Shown: positions 61,369 through 64,000 of the stretch, piece after piece | Numbering within the stretch: the first letter of the stretch is position 1 | Layout: each line of letters begins with the position of its first letter | From: Amoebophrya sp. A120 | Lineage: Eukaryota > Protista > Dinoflagellata | Reading direction: 5' to 3' | DNA: 64,000 nucleotides | Assembly (NCBI GenBank): GCA_905178155.1 | Contig: CAJINV010000005.1 | Coordinates: 7,680,989-7,744,988 of the forward strand | Notes under the pieces: model-generated | The model's database searches: none | Seen by the model: the letters and a program-made list of their open reading frames with translations, nothing else | What the model was told of the DNA's origin: nothing | Translations under genes and position numbers: made by a program

Positions 61369-64000
61369 TCACGGAAGCACCTTCTTCTGACACAGCGGGC
61401 ACTTCGTCGAGTACTGCAAAGCCTTGAGAATGCATGCCGTGTGGAAAGTGTGCCCGCAGGGTAGAACTTTCAACTCATCCCCGTATTCGAAGTCGCATTG
61501 ACAAACCGCGCAGAAGGTGTTGAAGTTGGGATCTGCTTCGTCGTTGTTTTCGGTTTCTTGTTCCCCGTGTACTACCTGCGCGTTCCGTCGCGCATCCTCG
61601 CGTGGTAGTACCCCAGTTGCACTCTGATGTGGAGCGGATTCCTCGTGTAGTCTTGATGGCGATCTCATCTCCAAATCGGGGCTGGGCCTCGTCGATCCAA
61701 CATGACTTCTATCTTCCACTTTGCCACAAAACACAGGTGGAGACAAGACGGTTAATGAACCGGGCGACGCTGACGCAGAGAGTGGTAGTCTTGGCTCCCC
61801 TGCTGCACGAGTGCTGGCCAGGGTTTCCATCTCAAAACCGGCACGACTGTTCACGCTAACAGCGAGCGAAGTAGCTGTTGTGCCATTTGCTGGGCCTGAG
61901 CCTGAGCAGGTGCAGTTCCTAGAAAAACTAGAAGATGAAGAGGACCCACCTGTTCGCAACGGGGGTCGAAGAACTGGTGCCGAGTTCTTACAACCAGCTG
62001 TTCGTCCAACGACCGGTGCCCGAAAGTCTTCAGGAGTCGCGGAGGTCACCGACAGAGCTTCAATTTTCCGCCTTTTCACCGGGTACGCGTAGCCGTCGGG
62101 CGGACCGGGAACAGACGTGGTGCTAGAAGTTAAAATTGAAATTCTATGCGGAACAAGAACAGGACCGGCAATTAAACCAGTTTTTCCATCCCCAGTCCGG
62201 TCGTCCTCATTTTGGTTCCTGCTCACATCGCGCGCCTCCGACTCCAAAGAGTCAGCTCTTCCAGCTTCACCTTTTCTTGCTGCTCGATCCACACTTACGT
62301 TTCCGTCGAGCAAGACATTTTGATTTTTGGGAACCAACAGGAAAGACGGCCTTGGCGTCGCTCTTTCAATACTCGCTTGCTCCGCTGCATTTGTTGTAGC
62401 GACTCGATGTTCTGGTAGTTCTTGGTGGTTTTCCTTTCCGGCTTCTGTTGCCAAGAACTCTGCTTCTTCCCCCCTATCCGCCATTACCTTTCGTCTCCCT
62501 TCAAATCTCACCGTTTTCAATGTTTCCATATCCAGGAAAAAACAACCATCACCATCCATTTTATGCATGACAAACACAAAACTTCAATCATGTTTTGCAT
62601 GACAAATTGGATGGGGATGGTTGTGTTTTTTTGGATATTCCACCATCTTCTTGTACACCTCCGAGGTTTCGGGAAACGGAACGAAGTACGCAGTGCAAAA
62701 GTATCGTACTCGTAACGTATAAAATGCATTACAAATTTCCTCAGCATGAGAAAGAAAATTTGTAATGCTGATCTACCTCAAGAACAAGATCTGTAATGCA
62801 TGATTGCAATACGAGTGCGATACTTTTGCACAGAATACGAAGCTGTCATCCGCACTTCCGTTTTGCAGCCGGTTCAAGTGCCATTGCGTTTGGTCCAGCT
62901 CCCGCAACACTGCGCGCGCTTCTATGCTCTGCAAAAGTATCGTACTCGTAGTAATTGCAATCATGCATTACAAATCTCCCTCTGAAGCCAAATCCGCATT
63001 ACAAATTCTATCTTTCATGCTGAGGGAATTTGTCATGCGATTTATACTAGTACGATGCTTTTGCATTTCATAGCTTCCTCCTCCCGCTGCTGAATAAAGC
63101 CTTATGCTGTCCAAAAGTATAATTCGTAGTTATTGTGAATCTGGATCTGATTCTCAAACTCAATCCCATTGCATGCATGCATTTACAAATCTTTGTATAT
63201 TCATCGTTCTTGCCATAGAGCCGCATATACAATTTTCGTTTGCCATGCCGAGCCAATTTCATTTCTTGCTCCAAAAGTTTACAAAGTGCGATCATACTTT
63301 TGCGAATACGTAACCCTTTCGCCTTCGCGATTTCCACCCGCATTTGCAGCAGGTCCTCCCGACGCTTCGCAACGCGCGTTCCCAGCGTTTTGATTTTCTC
63401 TTCCAGCTCCACTGAGTTCATGACTCGGATAATTTGCTCTGCCGGGGCGGAGGACTCAGTTGAAGCGTCGAGCTCGTCCGATTGGTCAGATGAGATGCTG
63501 CCTCTCCTTGTGAATGTCGCAGTTACAACTTCATCAGGTGCTCGCACAACTAAAGAGGTTAAGGCCTGCTCCTGTTCGTCTTGCGGATTCGCAAGAACTT
63601 CTTCTGCATCCGAAACTAGTAGTTGTGAATTTGTACTGCTAGAAGAGGAGGATGCAGTTGCTGGTACTTCTGGTGCTTCTGGCACCTCTGATGCACCATG
63701 CAAAAGTAGAAGAGGTCCACTCGGACCCGCTTCAGTTGCGCCTCCAATCCTATCCTGTGCAAAAGTATCGTACTCGTCGACGTCGTTTAGATGCATTACA
63801 ACTTTTCTGAGCATGAGAGATGAAATAGAAATTTGTAATGCGGATTTACCTTAAGAAAAAAATGAAAATTTGTGACGCATGATTGCAATACGAGTACGAT
63901 ACTTTTGCACAGGATAGATCCCTTTTTCCTCCTCGTGATCCGCAAGAGCCAGGACGTGATCAGCCGCCTGCGCGTCGACCCGCGGTTTTTTCTCCAATCC
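61369..64000 (-). CDS. RING-H2 finger protein (putative E3 ubiquitin ligase), 5' end outside window
   Basis: C-terminal CAVCQCDFEYGDELKVLPCGHTFHTACILKALQYSTKCPLC; frame continuous across elements 62529, 62687, 62923 and 63103 by the +5 rule. Confidence 0.88.
62529..62637. mobile_element. Introner family G
   Basis: DR ttcca/ttcca; 109 bp. Confidence 0.93.
62687..62837. mobile_element. Introner family B
   Basis: DR cgaag/cgaag; begins TAC. Confidence 0.92.
62923..63072. mobile_element. Introner family B
   Basis: DR gcttc/gcttc. Confidence 0.92.
63103..63312. mobile_element. Degenerate B-like introner
   Basis: DR agcct/accct; +5 rule supplies the frame change needed to join the flanking exons. 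Confidence 0.72.
63751..63916. mobile_element. Introner family B
   Basis: DR aatcc/gatcc. Confidence 0.92.

Noticed and set aside
63068-63814. 248-aa ORF read straight through as a complete gene
   Set aside because: It runs through element sequence; removing 63103-63312 +5 nt links it to the RING exons instead
325-63854. Many short Cys/Met/His-rich ORFs (e.g. CKNVWVWK, MSGSGR, PDPDTFA, YEYDTFA)
   Set aside because: These are translations of element TIRs and the TTGTCATGC motif, not genes
230-63916. CRISPR array or bacterial REP/IS interpretation of the recurring repeats
   Set aside because: The repeats are inverted pairs around ~100-300 bp interiors with TSDs, separated by coding exons; there are no cas or transposase genes and the gene content is eukaryotic
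230-63916. Ciliate-type TA-bounded internal eliminated sequences
   Set aside because: Flanks are variable 5-bp duplications, not TA, and the frame reads in the standard code; DNA-level excision cannot be fully excluded from sequence alone

Overview
Eukaryotic genomic DNA, not prokaryotic. About 90 short non-coding elements (about 110-320 bp) interrupt three minus-strand genes. They fall into about 12 terminal-inverted-repeat (TIR) families, nearly all reading TAT...ATA, with 5-bp direct repeats (DR) and a shared internal motif TTGT[C/G/A]ATGC. Removing each element plus 5 nt restores the reading frame at the coding junctions I translated by hand, so they behave as non-GT-AG introns. This matches the introner-type non-canonical introns described in the parasitic dinoflagellate Amoebophrya (organism is my inference). 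Gene 1 (about 47.9 kb to beyond position 1; 79 elements plus 6 GT-AG introns; roughly 9,000 aa) is a class II-like histone deacetylase whose catalytic domain is split by about 2,000 aa that include a PHD-like finger. Gene 2 (about 52.7-60.5 kb) is a probable single-pass membrane protein. Gene 3 (61.4 kb to the end) is a RING-H2 protein. Other notable features are an element nested in another element's TIR, a predicted 1-nt exon, an element that lost a TIR and now has GT-AG ends, and old copies that lost the DR but keep the +5 register. Family letters are my own labels; coordinates and counts were done by hand.
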